Under the pieces are notes generated by a model that saw only the letters and a program-made list of their open reading frames with translations, searched no databases and had not been told where the DNA came from. The position numbers were made by a program, and so were the translations under genes. This document shows positions 47,585 to 57,146 of a stretch of 64,000 bases of DNA, piece by piece (within the stretch, counting starts at the first letter, position 1; the number at the start of each line of letters is the position of its first letter). This DNA is from an uncultured virus (IMG/VR IMGVR_UViG_3300007986_000015) (lineage: Duplodnaviria > Heunggongvirae > Uroviricota > Caudoviricetes): the IMG/VR virus record IMGVR_UViG_3300007986_000015. One strand, 5' to 3'.

Positions 47585-48340
47585 ATGAACATATACTCAC
47601 AACATTATTACGGTCGTTACCAGCGCTTTATTGAACACTATAGTTCGCAGATTATTTCTGAAGGTGAACTACACCATATTATACCTAAGTGTGCTGGCGG
47701 AACAGACGACGAAACCAATATCATAAAACTTCCATATCGCGCGCATTTTATCGCCCATTATTTGCTTGCTAAAAGCACAAATAATAGCAAGCTTTGGTTT
47801 GCATTCAATATGATGAAACGAGTTTGTAATGGTCGGTCGGTTTTATACGAGGCTGCTAGAAAATATATTAGTAGTGCTATTTCAACATCAAACCGTGGCC
47901 GGAAGCGTAGCCAATCTGTCCGTGATGAAATATCTAAACGTTCAACGGGTTATGTTGTCGTGAAGAACGCAATTGGCGAAACGTTTAGAGTAGCAGTTAA
48001 TGATCCACGATACGTCTCGGGGGAGTTAGTATATTATAGAACTGGATCTAGTCATAGCCATGCTACACGATCAAAGATGTCGAAAAATGGTATTAGAGGC
48101 CGACGCTTATACTCTAATCATTTGACGGATGAAACAATATATTTACGAGATGGTGAAGCTATTCCAATGGGATTTGTCCAAGGCATAACTCCTTCCGTTA
48201 AACAGCGTCAACTATTGCAGCTTCGTAAACCACGCTCTCTAAAGCTAGTGAAGTGCCCTCATTGTGGTGTTGAAGGCAGTGGAGGTAATATGACTAGGTA
48301 TCATTTTTCAAACTGTAAAAACATCAGTGTACATGCTTAG
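47585..48340 (+). CDS. HNH homing endonuclease (Mob-like) between the polymerase genes
   Basis: ELHHIIPKCAGG....NII.L..RAHFIAHYLL; C-terminal CPHCG. Confidence 0.9.
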   Translation: MNIYSQHYYGRYQRFIEHYSSQIISEGELHHIIPKCAGGTDDETNIIKLPYRAHFIAHYLLAKSTNNSKLWFAFNMMKRVCNGRSVLYEAARKYISSAISTSNRGRKRSQSVRDEISKRSTGYVVVKNAIGETFRVAVNDPRYVSGELVYYRTGSSHSHATRSKMSKNGIRGRRLYSNHLTDETIYLRDGEAIPMGFVQGITPSVKQRQLLQLRKPRSLKLVKCPHCGVEGSGGNMTRYHFSNCKNISVHA

Positions 48341-48380
48341 TGAATTGTGGTATAATGGTTCTCTAATGAAAGGTAGTTTT

Positions 48381-49287
48381 ATGAATAAAGAAGAAAGAAT
48401 AGCAGAGCTGCGATTGAAGATACACACTCTCGATGCTAAGATTGAGGTGTTCTCTAATCAGCAAATGGCTTACAAGATCCTAAAATAGTGGGACCGTGAG
48501 CAGCGATGCTCACGTTAACACCGTGTGAATTCAGTGAAGGCTTTCAAATGCTAATACTGAGCCAAGCCACAAAGTGGAAGGTGCAACGACTATCCGCAAG
48601 GAGTACATTCAAGTGAATGGAAGCGCTCGGCAACTCATTGAGTTGAAGATATAGTCTGATCTCGTATGAAAATATGAGCTGGGGAAATCCCGGGAATACC
48701 GTAACGCAGTATTTTGAACACAATGATTAAATAGCCTGTATGGCGCCTTGGCTAATCAATACTTTCGTTACTTCGACTTGCGTATTGCAGAAGGTGTTAC
48801 ATTAACAGGTCAAGCTGTTATTCAGTTTGCTGAACGTATCATCAATGAAAAACTTAATGCTTTCTTAGGTACGAAGGACAAAGATCGTGTAATTGCGATT
48901 GACACTGATAGTGTTGCTGGTTCAACCAGTCTTTTGGTTAACGGTCAGGAAACGACTATTGCTGAATTTTACGAATCTGTAGATGAAGACCATTATATCC
49001 GTAAGGACGACTTTAACCGCGATTACGTCAAGTCTACAAGCCATTTAGATTGCACGACCCTTTCTGTATCTTCTACAGCAAAGCTTGAGGAAAGACGTAT
49101 TAACTATGTCATGAAGCATAGTGTTAAAAAGCGGATGTTCCGTATCAAGACACCAAGAGGCAGTGTTGACGTCACAGAAGATCATTCTTGTATTGTTCGG
49201 GATAGAACGTCTAAAAAGGTTTTTTCGATTAAGCCAAAGGATCTTAACACCAAAAAACACCAGATTATAAATATTGTACATGCATAA
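48381..49287 (+). CDS. 43: DNA polymerase second subunit, N part: exon 1 48381-48481, exon 2 48726-49287, ending in an N-intein (48910-49284)
   Basis: Splicing restores QQMAYKILLNSLYGALAN (motif B); motif C AIDTD is followed by intein SVAGST...VTEDHS. Confidence 0.88.
48482..48725 (+). mobile_element. Group I intron without ORF (244 nt)
   Basis: Exon ends in T, intron ends in G; P1 TCCT/GGGA; R element AACGACTA and S element AAGATATAGTC; removal restores reading frame. Confidence 0.92.
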
Positions 49288-50359
49288 GATACAGATAAAA
49301 CACTATAATGCGCTTCGGGCGTTAATTCCATATATTCCAGACATTGATAAAATTGATTATGACGACTTTATGATTATTTGGAGATATCGCCGAACTGTGG
49401 GATTCCGCCGCCTTATTGCTCGCAATTTAAGAACATGGGAAGAATTCTGCTCTGCTTGCATTCGATTAGCGGAAATCGCCGCAGCCAATACTCTTGAACG
49501 GTATCAGCTGCAATACGGTGATGAAGAAGGGCAAATACAGTATGATCTCCATCGGCCAAGGGGGGTTTCGTTAAAGATACTGATAGAAAGGTACGGCAAG
49601 AGCGAAGGCCAAAGACGCTTCACTGCTTATCGCAAAAGACAGGGTGAATCAAATACATTCGAGTATAAGAACAGAAGGTTTGGGTGGACGAAAAAGGAGT
49701 TTGACGAGTTTAATCGCTCTCGCTCTTGCACGCTAGCAAACTTCATTAGTAGACATGGCGATGTAATTGGTAGAAAAATGTGGGAAGACTACCGATCGCG
49801 ACAAGCATATACTAATTCTGAAGAACACCTGGGAACTGAGCGCTACCGTAGTATTAATCGTCAAAAGAGCCATACTTTACCAGTGTACATTGAAAGATAT
49901 GGTGAGGAGAATGGCACTGATCGATACTATGCATATATTAATTCCCAAAGATCTTTCTACAGCAAAAAGTCTTTCGCGCTTTTTTCACGTCTTGCTAATA
50001 CTAAATTATTTGAAGATTCACGAATGTTTTATGGAGAGAATGAATATGGTGTTTGGTGCGATGTGAAAAATTGCTTATTCAAGTACGATTTTGTATCTCT
50101 AAAGTATAAATTTGCGATTGAATTTAATGGCGATCATTATCATGGCAACCCCAGTTTATACAAGCCGAGCGATAAATTACGAGGTAGAGGATGCACCAAT
50201 TTAACCGCAAGGGAAAAATGGGCGGCTGATGATTTCAAAAACAATTATTTGTTTATAAGTCGCAAGTTTCCTGTTATAATGATATGGGAGAGAGATTGGG
50301 ATCGTAACCCCGCAGAGTGTATTGAAAGGATTTTAGATTATGTTAGAACTCGAGTATAA
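49274..50359 (+). CDS. Free-standing endonuclease (Vsr/DUF559-like C-terminal domain) between the split intein halves
   Basis: YDF......IEFNGDHYHG, IWERDW; repeated I.RYG...G modules. Confidence 0.82.
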   Translation: MYMHKIQIKHYNALRALIPYIPDIDKIDYDDFMIIWRYRRTVGFRRLIARNLRTWEEFCSACIRLAEIAAANTLERYQLQYGDEEGQIQYDLHRPRGVSLKILIERYGKSEGQRRFTAYRKRQGESNTFEYKNRRFGWTKKEFDEFNRSRSCTLANFISRHGDVIGRKMWEDYRSRQAYTNSEEHLGTERYRSINRQKSHTLPVYIERYGEENGTDRYYAYINSQRSFYSKKSFALFSRLANTKLFEDSRMFYGENEYGVWCDVKNCLFKYDFVSLKYKFAIEFNGDHYHGNPSLYKPSDKLRGRGCTNLTAREKWAADDFKNNYLFISRKFPVIMIWERDWDRNPAECIERILDYVRTRV

Positions 50360-51257
50360 TGATTTCGAAGTAGAGGATTTAGGCATACAGGAAATAGATG
50401 TCTATGACATTGAGGTTGAACGCAATCACAACTTTTTTGGTAATAATATATGCGTGCATAATTCGCTGTACATCAGCGTTAAGGATGTGATTGAAAAGTT
50501 TAAGCCAAAGGATCCTGTTAAATTCCTGAACGAATTTGGTGAGCGCTTTATGGTGGAGGTTTTCAATGAAGCCTTCGAACGATTTGCAGCACACCATGGT
50601 GCGATTGAAAATCGTATGGTGATGGCCCGTGAGGTAATCGCCGACCGTGGTCTTTGGACAGGCAAAAAGCATTACATCCTTAATGTACTTGACTCTGAAG
50701 GTGTACGCTATGCTGAGCCTAAGCTTAAGGTCATGGGATTGGAATGCGTTAAGTCATCTACACCACAGATATGTCGTACTGCGATGAAATCTATCTTCAA
50801 TGTTATCATGAATGAAGACGAACATGCTGTTCAAAATGCTGTAGCTAAATTCAAGGTTAAGTTTTTCAATGCACCTATTCATGAAGTATCTTTCCCTCGC
50901 TCAGTATCAGACGTCGCCAAGTATGTTACGAACAATGGATATGCAAAAGGCACACCTATCCATGCGAGAGGTGCGATCCTTTATAACAATATGCTTAAGA
51001 CAAAGAAGCTGCGGAAATATCACAGTATCTTCAATGGCGATAAGATCAAGTTCGTTTATCTTAAGTTGCCTAATCCTATAAACGAAAATGTGATATCGTA
51101 CCCTGATGATAAGTTGCCAACTGAATTGGGTCTTGAACGCTATATTGATTATGAACTTCAGTTCACTAAAACATATATTGATCCTATTCAAAATGTGTTA
51201 GACGCTATTGGATGGTCAACGGAACCGAGAGCAAGTTTGGAGGACTTCTTTCAATGA
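50340..51257 (+). CDS. 43: C-intein (50340-50462) plus DNA polymerase C-terminal palm/thumb
   Basis: VYDIEVERNHNFFGNNICVHN|SLYI, KKHY, KVMGLE..KSSTP, clamp-binding tail SLEDFF. Confidence 0.93.
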   Translation: MLELEYNDFEVEDLGIQEIDVYDIEVERNHNFFGNNICVHNSLYISVKDVIEKFKPKDPVKFLNEFGERFMVEVFNEAFERFAAHHGAIENRMVMAREVIADRGLWTGKKHYILNVLDSEGVRYAEPKLKVMGLECVKSSTPQICRTAMKSIFNVIMNEDEHAVQNAVAKFKVKFFNAPIHEVSFPRSVSDVAKYVTNNGYAKGTPIHARGAILYNNMLKTKKLRKYHSIFNGDKIKFVYLKLPNPINENVISYPDDKLPTELGLERYIDYELQFTKTYIDPIQNVLDAIGWSTEPRASLEDFFQ

Positions 51258-51487
51258 GCGAGTATCGCAAAACACGAGTGTTAAAACGTTCTCTTGAAGT
51301 TGTTGGAGACGATAATGGTCCATCATCATTTGACGTTGAAATTATTAATGCCGGAGGAGGCGAGTATATTCGACTTACAGGTTATACTGAAACCACTGAA
51401 GAATTTTTAACAATTTCAATTGATCCTGAAGATTGGCCGCATTTACGTAAATTGATTAACACAATGATTAAGGAATGCCGAAAATGA
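51254..51487 (+). CDS. Hypothetical protein
   Basis: ATGA overlaps on both sides. Confidence 0.6.
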   Translation: MSEYRKTRVLKRSLEVVGDDNGPSSFDVEIINAGGGEYIRLTGYTETTEEFLTISIDPEDWPHLRKLINTMIKECRK

Positions 51488-52431
51488 AAGAGCTAACTGT
51501 ATTCAAATCGATATTCTCTAACGCCACCACGCGTGGTTTAACATTTGAGAATTGGGATAAGTTTGAGGAAGCTTTATTCGGAATGAGTAAGGTGCCGGGT
51601 TTTAAGCTTAAGCGCGGCGAACGCCACCGCCGCGGCGCAGCGCCTCTAATATCACCTGCGAAGTACAAGCCTAACACGACTAGAGCTAACGATAATGTTA
51701 CGCATTGGTCATCCTGGACTGCTATCGACATTGATAACTATGAAGGTTCATTCCAAGAGACGCTTGAGATGTTTAAGGAGTATCGGGGCATATGTTATTC
51801 ATCTGCATCTAGCACCAAAGAGCATCCAAAGTTTCGAATCGTCCTTAATCTAAGCAAGGATATTCCCGCCGATAAGATTAGACACTTTTGGTTTGCTCTC
51901 AATAAAGAGTTCAACGATGTAAGTGATCCTCAGACCAAGGATTTGTCTCGGATGTATTATGTTCCAGCAGAGTATCCAGACGCTTTCAACTTCATATTCC
52001 GACTTGGAGGCAGCACTGTCATAAATCCTGATGTGCTTATGGCCAAAACTAAATACGTTGAGCCGCCTCGTGACTTCTTGTCTAAGCTGCCAGAAGACGT
52101 ACAGCGCGCAGTGATCAAGCAACGTAAGCAATCTCTCACCAATAATAACTTTCAATGGACGTCATATCAGGATTGCCCATTCGTCAATCGCAAACTTCTG
52201 CGGGAATATCAGTCAATAGCATTTCAGGACGGTACAGGCCGCTACGGTCTCTTCTATAAGATCATGACTTCTATCGCAGGAAATGCCATTCGGCAGAAAT
52301 ACCCCATCACTCCATTTGAGATAGCCGAGCTTATGTCGGGTATAGATTTAGACTTTGGCGCACGATATCAGAAGAGGCCTCTGCAGTTGGAGGCTGCAAG
52401 AGCCATATCGTTCATCATACGGAACACCTGA
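51484..52431 (+). CDS. AEP-superfamily primase-like protein
   Basis: AIDID, YSSASS...KFRIVL, DPQTKDLSRMYY. Confidence 0.7.
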   Translation: MKELTVFKSIFSNATTRGLTFENWDKFEEALFGMSKVPGFKLKRGERHRRGAAPLISPAKYKPNTTRANDNVTHWSSWTAIDIDNYEGSFQETLEMFKEYRGICYSSASSTKEHPKFRIVLNLSKDIPADKIRHFWFALNKEFNDVSDPQTKDLSRMYYVPAEYPDAFNFIFRLGGSTVINPDVLMAKTKYVEPPRDFLSKLPEDVQRAVIKQRKQSLTNNNFQWTSYQDCPFVNRKLLREYQSIAFQDGTGRYGLFYKIMTSIAGNAIRQKYPITPFEIAELMSGIDLDFGARYQKRPLQLEAARAISFIIRNT

Positions 52432-52619
52432 GTCACTCTAGAAGCTCATCGTCATATGAATCAAGGTAAACATATAGCCAGCAAGACTTCAGTGATCCTG
52501 ACGGCCTTCTGTAGATGAAAAATAATGGTGTACAAGATGTCTACTTTATGGTATATTAGATCCATGACAATTAATACTAACTCGAACAAATTTCACAAGA
52601 ACTCAAAGGAGAATACATT

Positions 52620-53054
52620 ATGTCAGTAGACTGGTTTAGTGATATGAAAGCAATGCACCAAAAGTTTGGTGTGAATACGTGGATGAAACAACAGATTGAC
52701 GATGGGAATATCGATACTCTTCGCAAGTATCTGTCTTTTCGCTTGTTGATGATTAATGAAGAGTTAGCTGAGACTTTCTCTGCTGCTTTAGTACAAGGCG
52801 ACAGTGAAGAAGTGGTTGATGGTCTCATTGATTTGTGTGTCTTTGCAATTGGAACACTTGAAGTTCTGGGTGTTGATGCACATAAGGCATGGGATACAAT
52901 CCTTAATGCTAATATGGCAAAGGAGCCTGGTGTTAAAGCTGAGCGTCCTAATAAATTTGGTCTCCCAGATTTGATTAAACCTTTGGGCTGGAAGAATCCA
53001 AATCATAAAGGCAATCACGGCGACATTCCAATGATTTTAGGGGAGCAACAGTAA
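52620..53054 (+). CDS. All-alpha NTP pyrophosphohydrolase (MazG/PRA-PH-like), candidate dCTPase
   Basis: EELAE, EVVDGLID, ANMAK, DLIKP.GW..P. Confidence 0.82.
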   Translation: MSVDWFSDMKAMHQKFGVNTWMKQQIDDGNIDTLRKYLSFRLLMINEELAETFSAALVQGDSEEVVDGLIDLCVFAIGTLEVLGVDAHKAWDTILNANMAKEPGVKAERPNKFGLPDLIKPLGWKNPNHKGNHGDIPMILGEQQ

Positions 53055-53500
53055 TGAAGAATGATGCAGGAAAACCGACGATCGAACTGATTCCGCCTGA
53101 GTGTATTATGGCGATCGCTCAAGTATTTGCAATGGGCAAAGCCAAGTACGGTGCTAACAATTGGCGTGAGGACCTCAACGGGACTCTTTATTCCCGTACC
53201 TATGGATCCATACAGCGACACCTCACGAAGTTCTTTCTGGGTGAAGATGATGATCCTGAGAGTGGCCTCCCGCATATTGACCATGCTCTTACCCAGCTTT
53301 GCATTCTCAAGATTCAGACAATGTATGGTAAGGCTGCGGATGATCGTTGGAAAGGCGATCAGTCACCTAAACTCGGTGATGAATTCGCCGAGGTTGCCGG
53401 TAAGTCTGAGCCGGAGCTTTTAACTGAGTGTACATTTGAGCTCGGTGAATTACGTAAAAAAGACTGGCACAAACAGCGCAAGATTGCCGCTCGGCATTGA
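53054..53500 (+). CDS. dATP/dGTP diphosphohydrolase-like (DUF5664) protein
   Basis: K.D.GK...LIPP, G.AKYG.NNW, RH, D.ESGLPH..HA. Confidence 0.82.
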   Translation: MKNDAGKPTIELIPPECIMAIAQVFAMGKAKYGANNWREDLNGTLYSRTYGSIQRHLTKFFLGEDDDPESGLPHIDHALTQLCILKIQTMYGKAADDRWKGDQSPKLGDEFAEVAGKSEPELLTECTFELGELRKKDWHKQRKIAARH

Positions 53501-53514
53501 AAGGAAATATAATT

Positions 53515-54219
53515 ATGAACGTAGATCAGATACGAAGACACTTCCGCACAGCTCTAATGCATGAAGATTTTACCATCGATCGTACAGGCGCTAAGACCAT
53601 TGAGCTCATTGGCGCTTCATTTATCGCAGACGAACCTGCAATCTTTGGTAACCCTAATAACGTTTATATTGATGCAGAGATCAAGTGGTATGAATCTGAA
53701 GATGCTAATGTTAATACACTAGGTGAAATCTATGGATCGATTCCAAAAGCATGGGCGGTATCGGCCAACAAACACGGTGAGGTTAATTCTAATTATGGAA
53801 AGCTTATCTTTTCAAAGAAGTATTACAACCAGTTTAAGCACGCTGTCACTGAGCTTCTTGTGAATCCAGATTCGCGCAGAGCTCAGATCATTTATAATCG
53901 GCCAAGCATGTGGCTTGAATATAATGAAGATGGGAAGAATGACTTCATCTGCACTAACGCTCAGTCATTTTATATCAGAGATGGTAAGCTTCATATGGTA
54001 TCACAGATGCGTTCCAATGACGTAGTTTACGGATATATGAATGATTACTCTTGGGCGCGATATGTGCAAAATATGGTGCTAATGAATATGAACATGGCGC
54101 GTGATCGAGATGATCCTCAGCGCAAGTTAGAAGCTGGCGATTTAATCTGGCAGGTCATGAATCTGCATGTATATGAACGACACTTCAAACTTGTAGTGCC
54201 TGAGGGAAGCCAAGCATAA
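53515..54219 (+). CDS. 42: dCMP hydroxymethylase (T4 gp42-like)
   Basis: VNSNYG, DSRRA, DFICT, MRSNDVVYGYMND (Asp at the dCMP-specificity position), NLHVYERHF. Confidence 0.88.
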   Translation: MNVDQIRRHFRTALMHEDFTIDRTGAKTIELIGASFIADEPAIFGNPNNVYIDAEIKWYESEDANVNTLGEIYGSIPKAWAVSANKHGEVNSNYGKLIFSKKYYNQFKHAVTELLVNPDSRRAQIIYNRPSMWLEYNEDGKNDFICTNAQSFYIRDGKLHMVSQMRSNDVVYGYMNDYSWARYVQNMVLMNMNMARDRDDPQRKLEAGDLIWQVMNLHVYERHFKLVVPEGSQA

Positions 54220-54265
54220 TCATTTCAAAACAGCCTTTTGTATAAATAATTACGAAAGGCTGAAT

Positions 54266-54874
54266 ATGGAAACTACTTATGTGTACTGGGTGTATGATGA
54301 AACGTGTCAAAACATTAAAAACGATGGTTACGTTGGAGTTACAGCAAATGTTGCGCGCCGTTTTAAAACTCATTTGCTAAAGACTAAAAATATACCATCT
54401 AATGCAAAAGTTAAAATCATTTATGAAGGTTCTCGAGAAGAGTGTTTTGAACGCGAATTTGAATTACGACCGACTAAAGGTATTGGGTGGAACCGAGCAG
54501 TCGGCGGTTCGCAAGGTTGGCGTATTGGTTTTATTCATGATGATGACACCAAGCAAAAACTTAGAGATGCTTGGACACCTGAACGAAAAGCTGAACAGAG
54601 ACAAAGAGCGAGTATTATGTCCAAGACTCTCATTGGCCAAAAACGCCCTGCTCAAAGTAAAGCTATGGCTGGTGAAAAGAATTCTATGTTCGGCCGAGGG
54701 CATACTCTTGAAAGTCGTAAGAAAATGTCAGAAAACCGCGCAGGAAAGCCTACGTGGAATAAGGGTAAGTCTGCACCACAACAGATTGTTGAATGCCCTC
54801 ATTGTGGAAAATCTGGCGGGAAACAAAATATGACAAGATATCATTTTGATAACTGCAGACCGGAAAAGGCATAG
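54266..54874 (+). CDS. GIY-YIG homing endonuclease with NUMOD3 and Zn ribbon
   Basis: YVYW...GYVGVT, NSMFGRGHT..SRKKMS, CPHCG. Confidence 0.85.
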   Translation: METTYVYWVYDETCQNIKNDGYVGVTANVARRFKTHLLKTKNIPSNAKVKIIYEGSREECFEREFELRPTKGIGWNRAVGGSQGWRIGFIHDDDTKQKLRDAWTPERKAEQRQRASIMSKTLIGQKRPAQSKAMAGEKNSMFGRGHTLESRKKMSENRAGKPTWNKGKSAPQQIVECPHCGKSGGKQNMTRYHFDNCRPEKA

Positions 54875-54875
54875 T

Positions 54876-55343
54876 ATGGATAAAAGTAGAATAGTTGCGT
54901 ATTCCCCGAAGTGGGATATAAGATTCTTAGATCTGGCGAAGCATATATCTGGCTGGTCTAAGGACCCTTCAACGAAAGTTGGAGCAGTGATTGTAGATGA
55001 TGATAGGAATGTCTTAAGCTTAGGTTATAATGGATTCCCTAGAGGAATACAGGATCGCATTCCCCGCTTGCAAATCCGTAAACTTAAATATGAATTAATG
55101 GTTCATGGTGAAATGAACGCGATATATAACGCCACATCAAAGGGTGTGTCTCTTACAGGATCTACGATATACATCCATGGGTTGTTTGTATGTGAGGAAT
55201 GCGCTAAGGGCATTATTCAAGTTGGAATAAAACGAGTAGTAGTTGAGCTTAAACAGCTCCCCCAACGTTGGGTGGAGTCTTGTCGTAAAGCGTTGGATTA
55301 TTTTAACGAAGCCGGCGTTGATCATATTGCGATTGAGATGTAG
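54876..55343 (+). CDS. cd: dCMP deaminase
   Basis: SKDPSTKVGA, GYNGFP, HGEMNAI, CEEC. Confidence 0.92.
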   Translation: MDKSRIVAYSPKWDIRFLDLAKHISGWSKDPSTKVGAVIVDDDRNVLSLGYNGFPRGIQDRIPRLQIRKLKYELMVHGEMNAIYNATSKGVSLTGSTIYIHGLFVCEECAKGIIQVGIKRVVVELKQLPQRWVESCRKALDYFNEAGVDHIAIEM

Positions 55344-55352
55344 AGAAATATT

Positions 55353-55829
55353 ATGAATATGAACAAACAACTTGGTGATATTGGTGAGAAGATTGTTGCA
55401 GAATTATTAAATGCTAAATTTTCTGTAAATTATTTTGATGCAGAAAAGGATCTTATTGGACCCAATAACGAAACTATTGAAGTGAAAACTCAATATCCAT
55501 TGCATCACCATAGTGGTGAATTGTGCACAATTAGAGCGAATCAATTAAAGAAATGCCTAAATGTAGATCGATTGGTATTTGTAACATATGATGAATCATC
55601 ACAAATATCAATATACGAAGTTCCAAAGGACAGACGATTCAACTTTCAAACATACACTGCTAGGTTGTTCCGACCAACATCACGGCAAACAATGCATGGA
55701 TGGAGAATTGATGATATGAAACTTTTAAAGCAATTTACCGATTCATTTTTAGCTCGACAAATGCAAGAATTATCAATAGCTAAAGCTATAAAAAACACAC
55801 TAAACAAAAGATATAATAAGGAGAAATAA
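55353..55829 (+). CDS. PD-(D/E)xK nuclease-like protein
   Basis: LGDIGE, KD, IEVKT. Confidence 0.6.
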   Translation: MNMNKQLGDIGEKIVAELLNAKFSVNYFDAEKDLIGPNNETIEVKTQYPLHHHSGELCTIRANQLKKCLNVDRLVFVTYDESSQISIYEVPKDRRFNFQTYTARLFRPTSRQTMHGWRIDDMKLLKQFTDSFLARQMQELSIAKAIKNTLNKRYNKEK

Positions 55830-57068
55830 ATGAGAAGCAAAAAAGTAGCAATCATATTGGGCCGCGGCACCGAAGGGTGTGGCGTAACAAAGTTTACCCT
55901 GGAGCAAAACCGTTGGTTGATTGAACATGGGTATGACACGACCATTTTTTCGGTGGCGGATAAAGCATGGACTCGAAAGAATGCTCATGATAACAGCGCA
56001 ATTGAGCTAGTGAAGTTTAAGGATAATGCTGCAGTTGACACTGTCATTCATGCGTGTAATACGTGTGATTATGTCATCATCAATTCGTTGCCATCCAAGG
56101 GACATCCTGTTGAATGTATTGCAAACTTCAAGCGTTTGATTGAAGCCATTAGCGTTCCTGTAATGCTTGTGCAGTTAGATCACATGAGTGCATCTATTCG
56201 TAGGAATGAATGTATGGATGAAGTTATTGACAAGGCCGGCGTCATATTCTCACTCAGCCCAGATAATGACTTTGGTCAGTATGTCAAAGAGTACAAAGAA
56301 GTAGGCGAGCTTAGCAGTTTCTTTGGTGAAGACGAAATTGAGATTTTCGACTATCAGGTTGGTCTGTATTTCGATACGATCCGTGATCAATATTGGAAAG
56401 ATGATATTTCAATTCAGGATGCCAAGCATCACAAATGGATTGGCCGAACCACGTCTTGGAAGGGTTATGATAAACTGTTCCAGTTCCATGATTGCTATCT
56501 TAAGGGTAATGGCTGCCTGACAACGTTTGAGGGCATTGAACGTTCCCCGGCATACCTTGGCTTCCGGCAGCTAGGTGAGTTTGACGGGCATATTGGAAAA
56601 GATGATGATATTGCCACTGACGATTTGTCTAATGCATACGGAAAACCTGTCCAAGTGTTTGGACCTTACGTCCATGCTGAAATGCTCGACCGCATGTCAC
56701 GTTGTGGCTTTGGTTATCAACTGACGGTATTCAAGCCGCGCTTCCAGCGCCGGGCATTAGAGTACACCCACATGGAAATCGTGTGTGCCGGTGTGGTGCC
56801 AGTTTTTCGCGAGCTTTATGGCAAGCAATGCCATCACCGTGTGTCAGGTGATCCACTTATTGAGTGTAAGGATAACGGCACAGTTTGGTTGGCTGAAGAT
56901 ATTGTTGAAATGTCTAAGGCATTTGAATTGATTAAGAAGCTCGAAGCCGATGATGGCATGAGAGATGAATGGCGCCACATGGCGTATGAGTTCTACAAAG
57001 AACATCAGGATGCAGAGAATGTCTTTGCTGAAATGTTCGCTACTGCGGAGGCTAAAATTGCGAGTTAA
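55830..57068 (+). CDS. agt: DNA alpha-glucosyltransferase (T4 agt-like)
   Basis: GRGTEGCGVTKF.LEQ, INSLP, WIGRTT.WKG, GIERS, LEYTH.E. Confidence 0.9.
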   Translation: MRSKKVAIILGRGTEGCGVTKFTLEQNRWLIEHGYDTTIFSVADKAWTRKNAHDNSAIELVKFKDNAAVDTVIHACNTCDYVIINSLPSKGHPVECIANFKRLIEAISVPVMLVQLDHMSASIRRNECMDEVIDKAGVIFSLSPDNDFGQYVKEYKEVGELSSFFGEDEIEIFDYQVGLYFDTIRDQYWKDDISIQDAKHHKWIGRTTSWKGYDKLFQFHDCYLKGNGCLTTFEGIERSPAYLGFRQLGEFDGHIGKDDDIATDDLSNAYGKPVQVFGPYVHAEMLDRMSRCGFGYQLTVFKPRFQRRALEYTHMEIVCAGVVPVFRELYGKQCHHRVSGDPLIECKDNGTVWLAEDIVEMSKAFELIKKLEADDGMRDEWRHMAYEFYKEHQDAENVFAEMFATAEAKIAS

Positions 57069-57146
57069 ACATGCTCTGCAGCAGCCCTTGCGCTGGTGAA
57101 AAGTTTGCTAGTTATAAATAACACAAACCAGCGCAAGGAGTTAATT

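Noticed and set aside
47552..48380. Intron joining the two polymerase genes across the HNH gene
   Set aside because: No group I core elements flank the HNH gene and the downstream part has its own promoter, SD and ATG, so a two-subunit split fits better
53515..54219. Ordinary thymidylate synthase
   Set aside because: Motifs match T4 gp42 (NSNYG, DFxCT, Asp in GYMND) and it is linked to an alpha-glucosyltransferase
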